From Lepidodermella squamata (taxonomy: Eukaryota; Animalia; Gastrotricha), in NCBI GenBank assembly GCA_047495785.1, contig JBLDXI010000054.1, positions 4,154,001-4,218,000 of the forward strand: a stretch of DNA of 64,000 nucleotides, given 5' to 3'. The translations under genes were made by a program, and so were the position numbers. The notes under the pieces were generated by a model that saw nothing but the letters and a program-made list of their open reading frames with translations, did no database searches and had not been told where the DNA came from. Below are positions 1-13,771 of this stretch, one piece after another; the stretch's first letter is position 1, and each line of letters opens with the position of its first letter.

Positions 1-2507
1 GTCATTTTTACCATCCACTTTCCCCCTCGCATTAGCAGTGTCGCCTATAATCTTCATAGTCGTTTATCGTTTATCGTATGATCGTTTCCATCTTTTATAT
101 CCCCTTTTTTCCTAACAAAAGTAATAATGATAGTTTTTCAAGAGTTGAAGAAAATCGGCTTAGCCACAGCCGAGTCGAGATACCTCAGAATAACGCAAAA
201 TTCCTTACCAACCGTCGATATAAACGATGGCCATATCCCATATCGTGCCTTTACTATTTTTTGCTCTTCATTTTGTTTTAAAATAATATGCGACGATATA
301 CAAACGTTTACATGGGCAGTAAGTCATTTGAAAGGGCATGATAACCGCGCTCGTATAGCTCCGCTATTCCCGCATAGACATAATTTAAGATAGACTGACT
401 ACCCCTTTCATTCCCTTCATACACCAATGTAAATCCCATGTACATATTGCAATGCTTCTTACCGACTCGTTTGAACGAATCTGCATGAAGAATGAAAATA
501 ACAAAATTTCCTTAATCTTCGCGTTATATTAGCATTGATTTTTTGATACAAGCCTCCAGTCAACAGATTGCGTATAGCTTGAAGTTAAAGTTGGTCTTGC
601 AGAGAATTCCCGATAAAATAGTGATTGTGCCATCTGAGCAGTAAAACATTGCTTGACTTTCTAACAGAATCAACCACACTGTTAAATTATACAAAGATAA
701 TCTGTCACCACAACGTTTTTATTCGCTGCCGATGATAGTAACATTAGGTAAACAATAATTATACCGCAACCATTTACGTCTTACACCTTGCAACTCGCTA
801 TAGAAAATAATATAGTGTCACCTGTTGCCTTTCTAACTGAAGAATTCGAATGTTAGCCGACAGAAAATCGATCAATAAAATAGAAACATTGTTGAAACAT
901 TACTTTTTGAGAGTTCTGTATATTTGTCGTATCGTATAACGCAATTTCTCCCAATAGCCGATTGAGATATCCCAATGAGCAATCCGAATTGTTCCCAACG
1001 TCATTTTCAGCTATTTTAAACAGTTTTTTTTTAATTTGGAAACCAAGCAAGATTGCAGAATAGCCCTTCTAGCAGAGCCCATTTTCCCTAATAACTTGTT
1101 CCGTAACTGCGTGTTCTATGAGTTATTAAAAAGCTAGCATATTTTCACTGTAACAGTCTTCTGGCCTTCTAGGTCCATTTAAACTCTTTATTAATCAATT
1201 TGCAGACCAATTGATAGGGCTCTTCGGGCTCTTTAATATGATGTGATACATTATAATTCAATAACCTGAAGGCTGATGAAAACAATAGGCAAAAAGCAAC
1301 TTTCGGATTGCTCATTGAGACATCTCTATCGGCAATTGGGGGATTGCCAATACAATATACAATTATTACGAAACACATGCGAACTTGTCCAATGCATTAC
1401 AATGATGAAACATTTATCAGCCTCAATTCTACCATGAACTTACTAAAATTTGGTCACATTTTGACATATTCTGTTATTCGTAACGTTGAGCCATTTACCA
1501 CCAAATTTTTGAAAGTAATATCCTATCAAAGTCGTTCCCAGAGACTTTGAGTCCCAGACCTTACGACAGACCTTAGGAAGAAGACTGCTTAGGAGGATTC
1601 TTGATTTCGTTTCGAAATGTAAAATCTATGCGCTTGGTCCAGGTTCGGACGAAATGATATGTGCAAATGATCGCCAGTTCAGGATCCCATTTCCAGGAGG
1701 AAAAATAATTGGGACCTGCCCATTACGTCGCACTGCGAAGCAAGTGCGCGTAAGACAATAGCACTCTTCCTGGCATCAAGACAGACGCGCGACGGTGCTG
1801 GGGGTGCGGGCCAACAAAACCCCAGAAGATCAAGGTCTAAGGAAACTGCGACTAATAATAGTCATAAATATTAATTTAAAATTTAAAAGAGCATTAATTC
1901 AATCTTTTGTTAACAAAAAATTTATATTTAAAAATCTGTCGAAGATTTCAAATTCAAATCGCGGCCAGGTCTTTTTGTTTCGGCATTCCCGCCATTTTTG
2001 TCTTTGAGCAGTTGCCGCCTGCCGCTCGCATCCAACGCCAATACCTTTCGGCTTTTTGCTTGCATCGCTTTTTAATGAAGAACGAAAAATTCTGTGTAGC
2101 TGGTTAGTGAAGTTCAGGCTACAGGCCCTCAGAATGTATGGCTGACATACCCTATTATAACCCGACTCATTTTCTACGTACGACTTCTCATTTCTCGTGT
2201 ATTACGGGTTCCCTTTTTCTAGCTATTGGCGCATACCAGATATGAAGTAAATGTGTACCAAATAATCTCATCATTCAAATTGTGTTTTCTATTTGCTACT
2301 GTTATAACTGTTGACCGTTGCTCTCACAGTTTAGCCTTTCTAACCATCCCTATTTTGTTCCTTAATCGTATCATAATCGTATCATGCCAGTTTTCCCTTG
2401 AACTTTCAACACGGCCCTGTCCGAAGCTTTCATCTGCCATGGCACTGGTTTAATCATTTCTCTTTTTTTAATAGTACCGTAATGATTATTGTTGATGGTG
2501 ATATTTA

Positions 2508-5500
2508 ATGTCGCAGAACATAACAGATGAATATTCTTCTGACGAAGTTACCGTTTACAAAGATGAAGGAGAAACCGAGGGTGGACAAGCTGTCGGCGAA
2601 AACTTTGGCGCCGACAAGGTTGATTTGATCAAAGAGGCTGAACAAGTTAGTTAAATTGATGCCCCAAAAGTCCTAGTTAACTTTCTGCTTTAGGTTTCTA
2701 CCAAGTCCTCTGAATCTTCGACAAGATCGGGAAAAGATACTCAATATAGTGGTAATGATTTGATATCTCTATACCTCAATTTCCTTAATAAATTGTGTTA
2801 TAGCTCCCGAACGCTCTACTCCGGGGACTCATCGCCAGCTTAACAATATAAGCACATCATTGTTCGATGGCAATGGAAACCTCAGCCCGTCAGCGGCGGG
2901 ATTGTTTTCGCCTTCCTATGCTGCCCTTTTATCGGTGGGTTTCATTTTTGTATCTATTAAACTCCAATCTGCAATTTGCATGGTATTTTGTTGTCCTGCC
3001 TTCTCTTTAGTATTATTTATAATCGCGCTTCATCAAGGACGATGTCACTTTCTAGAATAGGCGGCTTCCGCTAATTAATGTAGGCACGTGAGATCCCTGT
3101 CTCACTCCGTCGTTTAGTATTGCTGCATTTTTTAATGTTTGTTTATCATGCTATCATAATTTTGTTTGGAGTTTGTCGGCAAAGAGCGGCGGTGGTTTTA
3201 TTCAATAATCTTTCATCGCTTTTCAGCATGCGTTGTTTTATGACGCTAAGTGTGATTAGTGTGCGCGCGTGTGTCTATTACTGTCTTCTGTTTTGTAATG
3301 ATGGCGTATAATGAGCGCATTAAGTTTTAACAGGTTTCGTGTGCGATGCGCTATCTGGCGGCGTTAAACTGGCTCTTCTGTGTTGTTCCTAAAACGTGCC
3401 TATTGCAGGTTCACCCGCGTTTTATAGTCCGCAACAGCGGCGGCACTCGTTCAATGTATCGTGTCGCCTTAGGTCTCTTTATCTAGATGAGCATCGCTTT
3501 GCTATGTCATCGGACTTTTTGTATTCCATCAATGATATACTTGGTACTCAAGTAGCTTTAAATCGTTGATAGTTTTGAGAGCTCTGATGGCGTTTCTTGA
3601 TAAGGGTTTAGACTTCAAAGTCGTCAATTTTCCTATGCTGGTCGGCTTGGCGGCAGGTGATAGCAATTAAAACTCTGTCCCGCACGTGTGACTCGCAAAA
3701 AGCGCGACTCTTCGGATCGCGAGGAGATTTGCGTGTGCATGAGCGGCCGTGCGCGATGCCGAGTGCCTCGGTTTTTCTGTGCGTGTGCGGATTACTTCGC
3801 AATTATGTGTCGGCATTCGCGGCCGCCACTTGGTTAGCACTCTCAATCAGCGTGTTACGTTGCCTTACGAGCGATTACTGCTGACCAGCGGCCGTCCGGG
3901 GCTGTGGGGTGGGCTAACCGGGTGCGTGCAAGCATGTGCCGTTAATTAGGCGCTGTTTTGTTTTGTAATTGCGCCACCTCGGCAAATATAGACGCACAGC
4001 ACACCTTGCGTCTTTGAGCTATTTGCGGAGTGATGATGATGACGAAGAAATAATAATGACGATGATGGTTGGCGCATCCAGCGATCGCCTTTGGGATTCG
4101 ATTACCCTCTGCTCTCCGCCACGTGTTAGTTCTTGTCGCGCGCGGCCCGCCCGCTTTAATAATATGTCAACATACTAGACGGTTCCTGCCCCTGTTTATA
4201 TGATGCGCCCTTGTGGGTGTCGGCCGCGTAAACATTCACCGCGCTTCAGCTCCTAGGCAAATGTTTTTAAATTAGAAAATAAGACAGAACAAGAAGAAAA
4301 GAAAGAAGACTGAAATTGTTGACTTCATTTCATTTTTAATTTACAGGCGGGAAATCGTTTGGCAGGTGCTTTATCGCCTGGTACACTCGGATTCCTGGCG
4401 GCTAATCAACCCATCGCTTCCCCGGCGCCACTGTCTGCCGAAAATTTGTCGGCTCTGATGGCAGCTGGCGTCGCTTCGCCCCCGGTGGCGCAGTTGGCGG
4501 CGGCCGTTGCGGCACGTTCTTCTCCTGCGCTGGCCGCCCTTCAAATTGCAGCAGCACTACAGCCATACAACCGTAGCGCTGCCGGGTCGACGACACCCGC
4601 TGCCTCTGCGACACCGGGTGCGAGCGGTCTCGAGGGCCTCGTAGCGTCCGGCCTGCAACATTTGGCCGCTGTTGCCGCTGCTCAGTCACCGCCGGTCTGG
4701 CCGGCCGCCAACTCAAACTCGTCCGCTGCCTCGAACTGGCTCTACGGTACAGGGAATCCAGTCGGGCTGACTGGTGCGCCGGTAGGTGGAGGCATTGGTT
4801 CTCCCGCTCTAGCAGCCTGCGCTTCTCCATCAGCCAGCATATTTGCCCGTTTGTCGCCTGCTCTTTCGACTCTGGCGTGCTTGTCGAGTATGCAACAACA
4901 GCAGGCACCACCGGCCCATAACCAGGCCGCCTCGTTCCTATTGAATGCCATGCAACAGTCGCAACAGCAACAAGCCGCCATGCCTAGTCCATCGTCAGTG
5001 ACATCGGGCTCGAACCAGTGCGGTGGCAACGGACAGTCAGATCAGCAGAGCCAGGCGTTGGCGAGTGAGGTTATGTTCCTGCGAGCAGCTATGATCCAGC
5101 AACAGGCGCAGCACCAGCAGCAACAGGCTCAACAACAGCAGCAGTTGGTGACTATCCTCGACGCTGCGCAACAGATCATTTCGAATAATAACACAACTCC
5201 GACCAGTCAACAGACCCCGGTAACACCGCGGGCAAAACCGGCCACTTTACCCACCCCAACATCACGGCCTCGTCCGACGATTGCCGAACCGATTGCGATG
5301 TCGGGTTCGATAGCCGGCGCGAAGAGGCCGCATCACGCCTTGTCGCATCAAACAACTAGGCCTGATCAGATGATGGGCTCAATGATGCCCGGCATGGGTG
5401 GTGGTGGTGGAGCTTTTCACGCGCCGCAATCGCCGGGTCATCATCACCCGTCCGCTTTCCAAGCGATGGACCCACGTCGACAGGCTCACATTCTGCAGCA

Positions 5501-6825
5501 ACAGCAACATATGCAACAGCAAATGCAGCAGCACTACACAGGCGGGCATATTCCTCACCATCAACCAAACCCACACCACCATCATCATCATCGGAGCCGG
5601 TCGCCGCCGAGCCAGAATCCTCAGGAGCCGCATGTGAAGAAGCCTCTGAATGCGTTCATGCTGTTCATGAAGGAACAGCGGGCGCAGGTGATAGCAGAGT
5701 GCACTCTCAAAGAGTCTGCGGCAATTAACCAAATTTTGGGCCAGCGGTGGCACAATTTGAGCCGCGACGAACAGGCTCGGTATTACGACCTCGCGAAAGC
5801 CGAAAAGGAGCGCCACCAGCAAATGTACCCGAACTGGTCAGCGCGTGAAAACTATGCATCACATGCGAAACGTAAGCGCCGGAGGAAGATGAACGTGATG
5901 GGTGGTTACCCTGGCGGCATGATGGGCATGGGTGGAACCGGGCCCGATGGTCTCAAAGACCCGCGGGGTGACAACGCCCTGAAGAAGTGCCGAGCGCGAT
6001 ACGGCGTCGATCAAATGGACAAATGGTGCAAACCTTGTCGACGAAGTGAGTTTTTCTAGATTAATTACGTTTTTTCCTAATTATGATTTGTTAATTTCAG
6101 AGAAAAAGTGCGCCAGATACTACAACTTGCCGGGTGCCGATGACGACGATGTAAATGACGGCGCTAAAAGCGAACCCTCTTCGCTGCACAACAACATGGC
6201 TGGGGGTTTAATGCCGGGAATGAACCCCGGTATGCCCGGGCACATGGGACCATTCGGTGGACCTGGTGGCATGCCCGGTGGTCATGACGATGATGACGAG
6301 TGGACCGATAGTGGGTCGTCGGTCGGCGACGACTCGTTTGACAACGAAGATGAGGAGGACCAGCTGAACGCGTTTCACCTGGTCACTGAATCTTCATCCG
6401 GGCCTACAACGCCCTCGCCCACCCCAGCCGACGTCGGCCTCGCGCCACTTTCGCCGGGCTCGTCCTCGATCCACTCGTCTGCCTCGCACCACCACCCCCA
6501 TCTTCACAACCTTCACCCCGCCCATCACCATTACATGCCGGCAATGGTGAAAATGGCGCCGAGCACCCCAGTCGCGCCGGATCAACTGCCTCAGATGTAC
6601 CAACAGTTGGCACCTCAGCAATTACAGCCCATGCCTACGCAACAACTGCCGCCCCAGCCAGCTTCGTCGTCTTCGGCCTCGTCAGAGGTGCCTGGAGCAC
6701 CGCCCTTGCCAACAACGCCGCCGTCATCAACCGCCACAACGACAGCGGCCCAGCAGCATCTGTGCTCGCCGAACTCTTCGTCGAGCACCGGCATTGCCTT
6801 TCGGCCACTGTTGCCTGCTAACTAG
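2508..6825 (+). CDS. TCF: TCF/LEF (pangolin) HMG-box transcription factor with beta-catenin-binding N-terminus and C-clamp; exons 2508-2645, 2694-2751, 2804-2934, 4347-6045, 6101-6825
   Basis: Exon 1 [21 protein letters not shown]...DKVDLIKE (beta-catenin-binding motif). HMG box [41 protein letters not shown], basic tail KRKRRRK. C-clamp KKCRARYG...WCKPCRRKKKC is completed across a 55-nt intron. All splice phases are consistent. Confidence 0.96.
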
Positions 6826-8680
6826 CTGACTCATCGCCTTCTAGTCAGGTGTTTTCGTTTTCTTTCTTCTTGTTGTCGATTCAAAGATTTGAAGCAAAAG
6901 ATTCAGTTCTTTAGGATTCAGTCAGTCAGTCGTCTTAGCCATTCGAACAAATGATAGGTTGTACTAGCTCGTGTGACTTGATTAGGTTGTCGAGACTCTA
7001 CTCCGGTGTTCGTGCCTCTTTCGCTCTACATCTCTTTCTCTGCTCATGACTGCATTCTTTTGATTCTTCATATCAATTTTTTTGCCGATGTCCTTCCGCT
7101 TCACAATTAAAGCAGTGCTTCCTTGATTTAGTAGTTGTAGAATTCTGTTGGTTTTTGTCAGTCAATCAACGCGCACCGCATTTTGTGCCTTGCCTTAGCT
7201 CTGTATTCGAAAATTCATTTTCTACGCAATGATTTTTACAAGATGGACCAGTATTACTTGGGCCAAATTTTGTTGAGAGTGTCATCCATTGAAATGTACC
7301 ATTTTTTTGAACAAAAATCGCTGTTTGATTGCTTTCTCATGCCATCACGTATGGGTGTGCGTTTGCGTGTTAACTATTTTTATTTCTTATCGACTTTTTA
7401 CCTCTACGATTTTTACGCTCGCAATCACAACCACAACACTGTCTTCTAAAGGTAGAGGTGCTGCTCCTCAAATCTTTCTGCGGGTTTTAGCACTGCTTTC
7501 TCCTTCTTCCGCCGCCCGACCGCGGTCTTCACCAGCTAGCTAGACGTTGGCAGGAGGCCGCGGTTCTTGTATGATACCTTCCTTCACGCTTGAATGTACC
7601 ATAAGAAACAGCCTATTTTGTGTTTTCGTAACCTATTGTTATTGTTGCCCATAACTTCTTTGTTTATGCCAATATCGATCATCATTTTTTCGTTAACGAA
7701 CCCTGCCATGCTAATTATTTACATCAATAACAACAACTTATCTTCGGGCTTGCGTTCTCAACGTTTGCCTCAGAGAAATTTATATTATCAAATTCATATA
7801 TGCATATGAATGCAAAATCATTATTATTATTATTGATACGTTGGTAGTTTATCGCTTTTTCTTCTCTTATTCGGCACGGTCGATATTGATTTTGTAGAAT
7901 TCTACGAATATCGATTATGAAAATGATTGTTGCCCTTCGTTCTCCTGTGTTCGTATCACGCGATTGGCGATTCCTCTGTGGTGTAGTCTATCTCAAAAAT
8001 AATTTCGCAAATTTGAGTTTTCTATATATACAAATGAAAATACGTCTATATATTTGAGTTTTGATAACGCGTCTTCGTTCTACGTGTGTTAATCATCTCG
8101 CGATTTTGTTGCTGACTTGTCGTTTCTTCTTTTAATTAAACACCGAGAGCCCTGCTGCTCGCTCGTCTGGGACATCGATTGCCTTTTCTTTCATAAACGT
8201 GTATAAATGCAGAAATCGTCTCTTTATTACTGTAGCAAAATGCGTTTTCTTCCTCCGATGATATGAAGATTTGCTGAACTAATAATACGATAGCTGTCTG
8301 CTGTCTGCTCATCGATTCTTCCTACGATTTGTGGGTAGATAGTAGCCAAATTTACGCAAATTTCGAGTGAAAATACTTCTAAATTTGTTGTCGATGATGA
8401 TGATGATAATAATAATTGTGAATAGACGAGTAAAAGTCAAGTTTGCTACTCCAATTGTTTGCCTTTTGCCTTCATAATTTTACGCTTAACGAGTTCATCA
8501 TTTCTTTTCATGTTTATTCAAGCTGAACCGACTCGGTCATAAAAAAAAAACGAATCACAAATATAGACGAGAATGAAAATAGCAATAATCAAATACATTA
8601 GTAACAGTTTAAATGGTAATCGAAGCATCATCATTCACGCTGATTAGGGAGCACAGGATAGTACACTTGGTTTTTTTGCT

Positions 8681-10840
8681 TCACGGTTTTATTGCCCGAT
8701 CGGCCTGACTTGTATGCATTTCAAGCACGTCCAATAGCCGCTCGATTTCTCGCAGCTGCTGGCTGATAGTAGGAATAATGAACAGTTCTTTGCGCAATTC
8801 ATCGTATCTGCTCATCAGTGAGTACAAAGTCTGTGCGGAATAAAACACAACGCATCAATTATTTTACTCCAAGAATGCTAATCCAAAAACTCACTTTTAC
8901 TAGCTGTTCCGCCGAGTCGCAACTAGCAGCTGCCGTTTCGTCCATAACATGAAGGTTTTCAACTGTTAGTTTCGACATCTGCAATAGAAAGAAGGGATTC
9001 TTTAGAAAACTTGATGAAACGACTCGCTTCGACTACATTCTAATCGATAAGTTCAATCGGCAAATTTTTGAAAAGCATTTCTGATGATTGATGATGAAGG
9101 CTGAATTATAAATTTAAACTCATTCCTTTTCGTCATCTATGGCTGTCGGGAAAAACCTCATATGTCAAACATGATCAACATATTTTTACAATATTCAAAT
9201 AGCCAGTAGAAGTATTTACAAAGTATTTCATAGAGCAAATCAAATGACTAGTCATCTTAAAAAAAAGATCAGCATATTTCAGGAAAAATGGGCCAGACCG
9301 CGGGAATGCCAGACTATCTTTTTACGTATTTCGATGAGGACACCTAGTTATACTCAAAGAACGGCTGGTAGCCCCATAGATAAGGACAACTGCTCGTCCA
9401 AGACTGGCACATCTTATGCGCACGTGGCACAAATCTTTTTCGAAAATTTTCAGTGGTCTCCTGGGGAAAATATATAATGGGTCAGCTAACTCCTAATACG
9501 TTAAAAAAGAAGGCTTGCATTGGCCACATCCAATGAGACAAGGAGTGAAATTGAGTGAATTGACTACAAAAGAGCAGATTTATAGTGCCTTAGGCGTTGG
9601 GTAGGGTAATGGCAGGCGTTAAGATGAAAAGGATTTCGACAAAACTGATAGTTCCGGAAAGTCAGATATATGTCCAAGTCATACGGGATATCTGAGCCAC
9701 GACAAACTAACATCTTTGTTCAATACATCGCAAATGCTACAAAGAACGTCTGGGGTGAGAAACGAAGCAACGACAAGAAGCCTAAGAAAAAGAATACACC
9801 CCCTCCCCATAGTTGGAATCGTTAAAATTATACGAAACGGCTTAGATTTATTATTTCAGATCAATGAATGTCGCTTTGAAAAACAAACAAATTTAATGCA
9901 TTTTTCGGATATTGCTTTGTAAGTTACAGTTTCACTCGGTTGTTTTTATCGTACTGGCCTGACTAGTGTGTGGTTCAACATGAGATATCAATTGACATAT
10001 TAGATCGATATTACATCACCAATCATTATTTAGAGCTTTGAATCCTGCGCAAATTGGGCCAGCAACTTGTGGTTTTAACCTTGACCTGTTCGATAAAGGC
10101 GCGCTCGAACAAAAAAACCTGAAGGCGCGTCAGTTAGGGGATCTAATTCCGACTTAAATCGCTTGAAGCTTCGAACGCTTTTATTTTAGCACCAAAGCCA
10201 CGAGGATTCTTAAAACATTGCGAGTTGCGAACCAGGCGTACTATTGTTTTCCTGGCTTACTCTTTTTAATAGAATATGTCAGCGCTATGTCAACGATTTA
10301 GCGGAAATCAGACGAAAAACCAATGTATTTTATTACCGTTTTGAGCTGCACCGCAACTTTTTCGATAGAACTTGCGAGACTGTCAGCGAGGTTCTGCGTT
10401 TTCGCGATTATGTCTGGTAGCGCGTTTGGGTCGACTGGTGGCGCGGCTTCCCGGTTCGCCGCCGCAGCTGCAGCTGCCGCCACTGAGCCCAGGCTGTTCG
10501 AGAGCGGCAGGCCATTCGGGCCGATATTCGCCTGCCGAACGTCGTTCATCGAGTAGTAGCGCCGTTTCATGAGCGAGGGCGAGGCGGTTGATGCCGCATC
10601 GGCGTCGGCCACAATTGCGGCTGCGGTTGTCACGGAGGTAGTTTCGATGCTTTTCGAATCGCTCATCTGCGCTTTGTGCGAGGGTGAGTGGCCGTGGTCG
10701 CTGCTCGACGGGCGCATCGGGGCGCCGAAATCGGGCGCAACATAGGCGACGAAACTGCCGCTTTTAGCAGCGCGAGTCACGATTTCGTCACCAATAGCCG
10801 TCTCCTCGCTGGGTTTAGTAGCTGTACTACTTTCACTCAT
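8681..10840 (-). CDS. BORCS6: BORC subunit 6 (lyspersin/C17orf59); exons 10840-10337, 8978-8895, 8830-8681
   Basis: Spliced C-terminus PPVDPNALPDI...QLKT|MSKLTVENLHVMDETAAASCDSAEQLVK|TLYSLMSRYDELRKELFIIPTISQQLREIERLLDVLE resembles the conserved BORCS6 coiled-coil core. Phase-0 GT-AG introns. Confidence 0.8.
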
Positions 10841-11707
10841 GCCTCGATTAATCAACAAGCATTCTAAAACATCTAATGAATAAGTAAACATGAGTACGAT
10901 GACATTCTTTTTTCAACTTTATAATTTGCAAAATTAATAGCCTTTTTCTGAAGCCATGGATACACGTAGACAAAAGTTGTCAATAAAACAAGAATTAGCA
11001 GTAGTTGAAATACAATTTCATCGGATTCATAAAGCAGCACATGCAATGGTAGTCTAAAATATGCAGAGTTGCACATGTATCTGCTTGCTACAATTTGCTA
11101 AAGATGATTCGATGCCATCATGCATACATGCAAAGCAGGTCAGTAGTTTATTAAGTTGTAATTACGTGAGTGCGTACTTCATAGAGGCATCGGGCAGTTT
11201 CAATTTACCTCTTTCTCGCCATTTATTCGGGCTTTCATTATATAAAACAATCAGATAAACGATAAACAACCGCGCCATTTAAAACAAAACAGGGTAGTGC
11301 AACGGGATTAATCGGAAGAAGATATTTCGATTTTTTCAAAGATACAGGATTAGCTTTCGGCCAAAGATAAATCAGCAATAAATAGCTTAAATTCCATAAA
11401 AACACAGAGCAAGCGGCCTACAAAAACATGAAGCAATAAGTGACCAAAATTGTGCCCATTAACAACCGGGCGATGAGTTGGATGGTCCGTGGCGGTGATC
11501 CACTCGATGTCGGGTGCTCGCTAGCAAAATATTATTTCAGTGGCATACGGAATATACTTTAAAAACGTCAATTGCGAAGCCTAGTTGACGCTGACATTCA
11601 CGAAAAACATCGGTCAACGTCACAGGCGGAACTTCAGTATTGCTGGTACTATTCATAATACAGCCAAAAATATGAATTCTTCAAGTTCCCTTGATTTTTT
11701 CTGCTTC

Positions 11708-13771
11708 TTAAGAGGCGAAGAACGACGCTGGCACAGACGTTTCGGTTTTGTCGAGGAGCCGTACAACGACGCCGGCAAAGTCTTCGCGGCTACACGCGCT
11801 CTGCACGAAAGGGTCATCCAGCAAGTCTGCAGCAGCTTTACGGCTCTGGGGATCGGGAATTAAACACCCTTCCATCAGGAATTTTTGGAATTTAGGGGAA
11901 TGCCGGGAAATGTTCTTGATCGGTGGCTGGCCTCGCACGCCGATCAGGTAAATAGCTTTGATAGGCTTTTCGTCCATATACGGAGGCTGCAATGAATAGA
12001 TAAAATTAGATACTACTTCGGAATTCACTTTCTACAATACCTCATTGTCGATCATTTCGATGACCATGATTCCAAGAGACCAAATGTCGACTTTAGCATC
12101 GTACTGTTTGCGCGTCACCATTTCAGGCGCCATCCAGTAAGGCGTTCCAACGACGGTGGTGCGTTTAAGGCGAGCTTCGGAGAGTTGAGCACAAAATCCG
12201 AAGTCAGTGAGTTTCACGTAACCGTTGCGGCCCAGCAGCACGTTGTCGCTCTTGATGTCACGGTGGATGATGCCACGTTCGTGCAAGTACTTCAACGCCT
12301 GCAGCGAGCAGTCGCAAACGTACGCTATGGCCTCTTCAGGCATCACAGCCTGAGTAACGATGTCTGTCAACGCTCCGCCGTCCAAATACTCCATGACAAC
12401 GTACAGGAATGGATCGAGCAAATAAGCATCGATGTAGTTAACTATGTTCTTGTGCCGCAGGGTTTTCATCACCTGCAACTCGTCAACCAACAACTCTTTC
12501 TTCGGCTGCTTATTCAGGTCCATTCGCTTGATTGCTACATACTGCCGATTGGAGCGACGCACACACAATGTTACCTGGCCCGAAGCACCCTGTCCCAAAG
12601 TTTTGGTTGAAGCCTCGTACAACGAAGCAGGGTTGCCAGGCGAAACAATTTTAAGTAAGCACTCGCGAAGCTCCTGATCGGTCATTTTTACATTGGTGGC
12701 GACAGCCGCCGGTCCAGTCGGAGCTCCGGCGGGCGATCCAGCAGTTAAAGGCAGGTTATTCGGCGGTGCAGCTTGTTGCGGTGGCGGGGAAGTTTTCGGA
12801 GGTTTGTACTCCGGTCCCGCATCGGCGAATGGAATCTGCTGAGGGGGCGCGAACGGCTTGGCAGCTGGTGGCGAAGCTGGTGAAACCGACGGAGGCGGTA
12901 CAGGAAGGGGCCTGGAAGCTGCCGAGACGGCTCGATCAGCCTCGCTCGGCTACAGCGAATTTAACTATAATAGTTGCATAAGTCAATAAATAATTTTGTA
13001 TTACCCTTTCAGGCAGAACAGGCCTAGATGGAAGAGGGGGCGGGGGTCCTTTCACAATCGGAGGTGGAGTATGCAATTTAGCTTGGTTGAGCTCGTCCTT
13101 CGGCGGCAGTCCGATGTTGTCTTTTCTCCTGTCCATCGCAACCTCCGGGGCGGTACGAGGTTGGATGATTCCATCCTTGAAATTTAAGAAAACACTATCA
13201 AATATTAGCTACACATTCTGCTCAACGTACTGGCGGTGCATTTGTCGGAGAGCGGAGCTGAGCAAGTTTGTTGGCAAGATCAGCCGCCGACGGATTAAAA
13301 GACGACTGGTCTCGATATGGCTGCTTTTCAGCAAGTGGGGAACCTTTGTAAGATTCCAAAAGGTCAAGCGATTCCGTGGACGACGCAGTATGATCGTCTT
13401 GCCGATGAAGATACTTTGCAGATTCCGGCACTTGAGCATTTTGAACAGCGAGGAATTTCACCAATCCTGGAAAAAGTGGCTTGCCGTCTATTTTGTCGTA
13501 AATTCTGAAAATACAGTATAAGATCTGACAGCCCCATGAAAACATCACCTTACCCAGCCTCTCGCAGCTGTTGTTCCCATGCATCCGGCAGGCCCCTCAA
13601 TTGCCCAGTTTCTTTGTCGAGATAGACATGCACATTTCGCGTTACCTATTCGCCTCAAATAATATATTTTTCAACCAACATAAAAATAATACTCACACTG
13701 ATTGGTGTCGAGATCTCATGCGGACCATCGTCTTTATCTTTCTTCCCTTTCTTTCCTGTCAATCGATGCAT
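11708..13771 (-). CDS. PAK: Group I p21-activated kinase (STE20/PAK, invertebrate Pak3-like), multi-exon
   Basis: N-terminal CRIB-like EISTPIS|VTRNVHVYLDKETGQLRGLPDAW, Pro-rich linker. Kinase motifs LGQGASG, VAIK, HRDIKSDNVLL, DFG, TVVGTPYWMAPE. Confidence 0.93.

Noticed and set aside
1-1550. Short AT-rich ORFs at the window start
   Set aside because: No coherent exon chain or family motif found.
11470-11515. SECIS-like ATGA...GA stem
   Set aside because: On the strand opposite PAK mRNA, lacks the apical AA, and no in-frame TGA gene is nearby.
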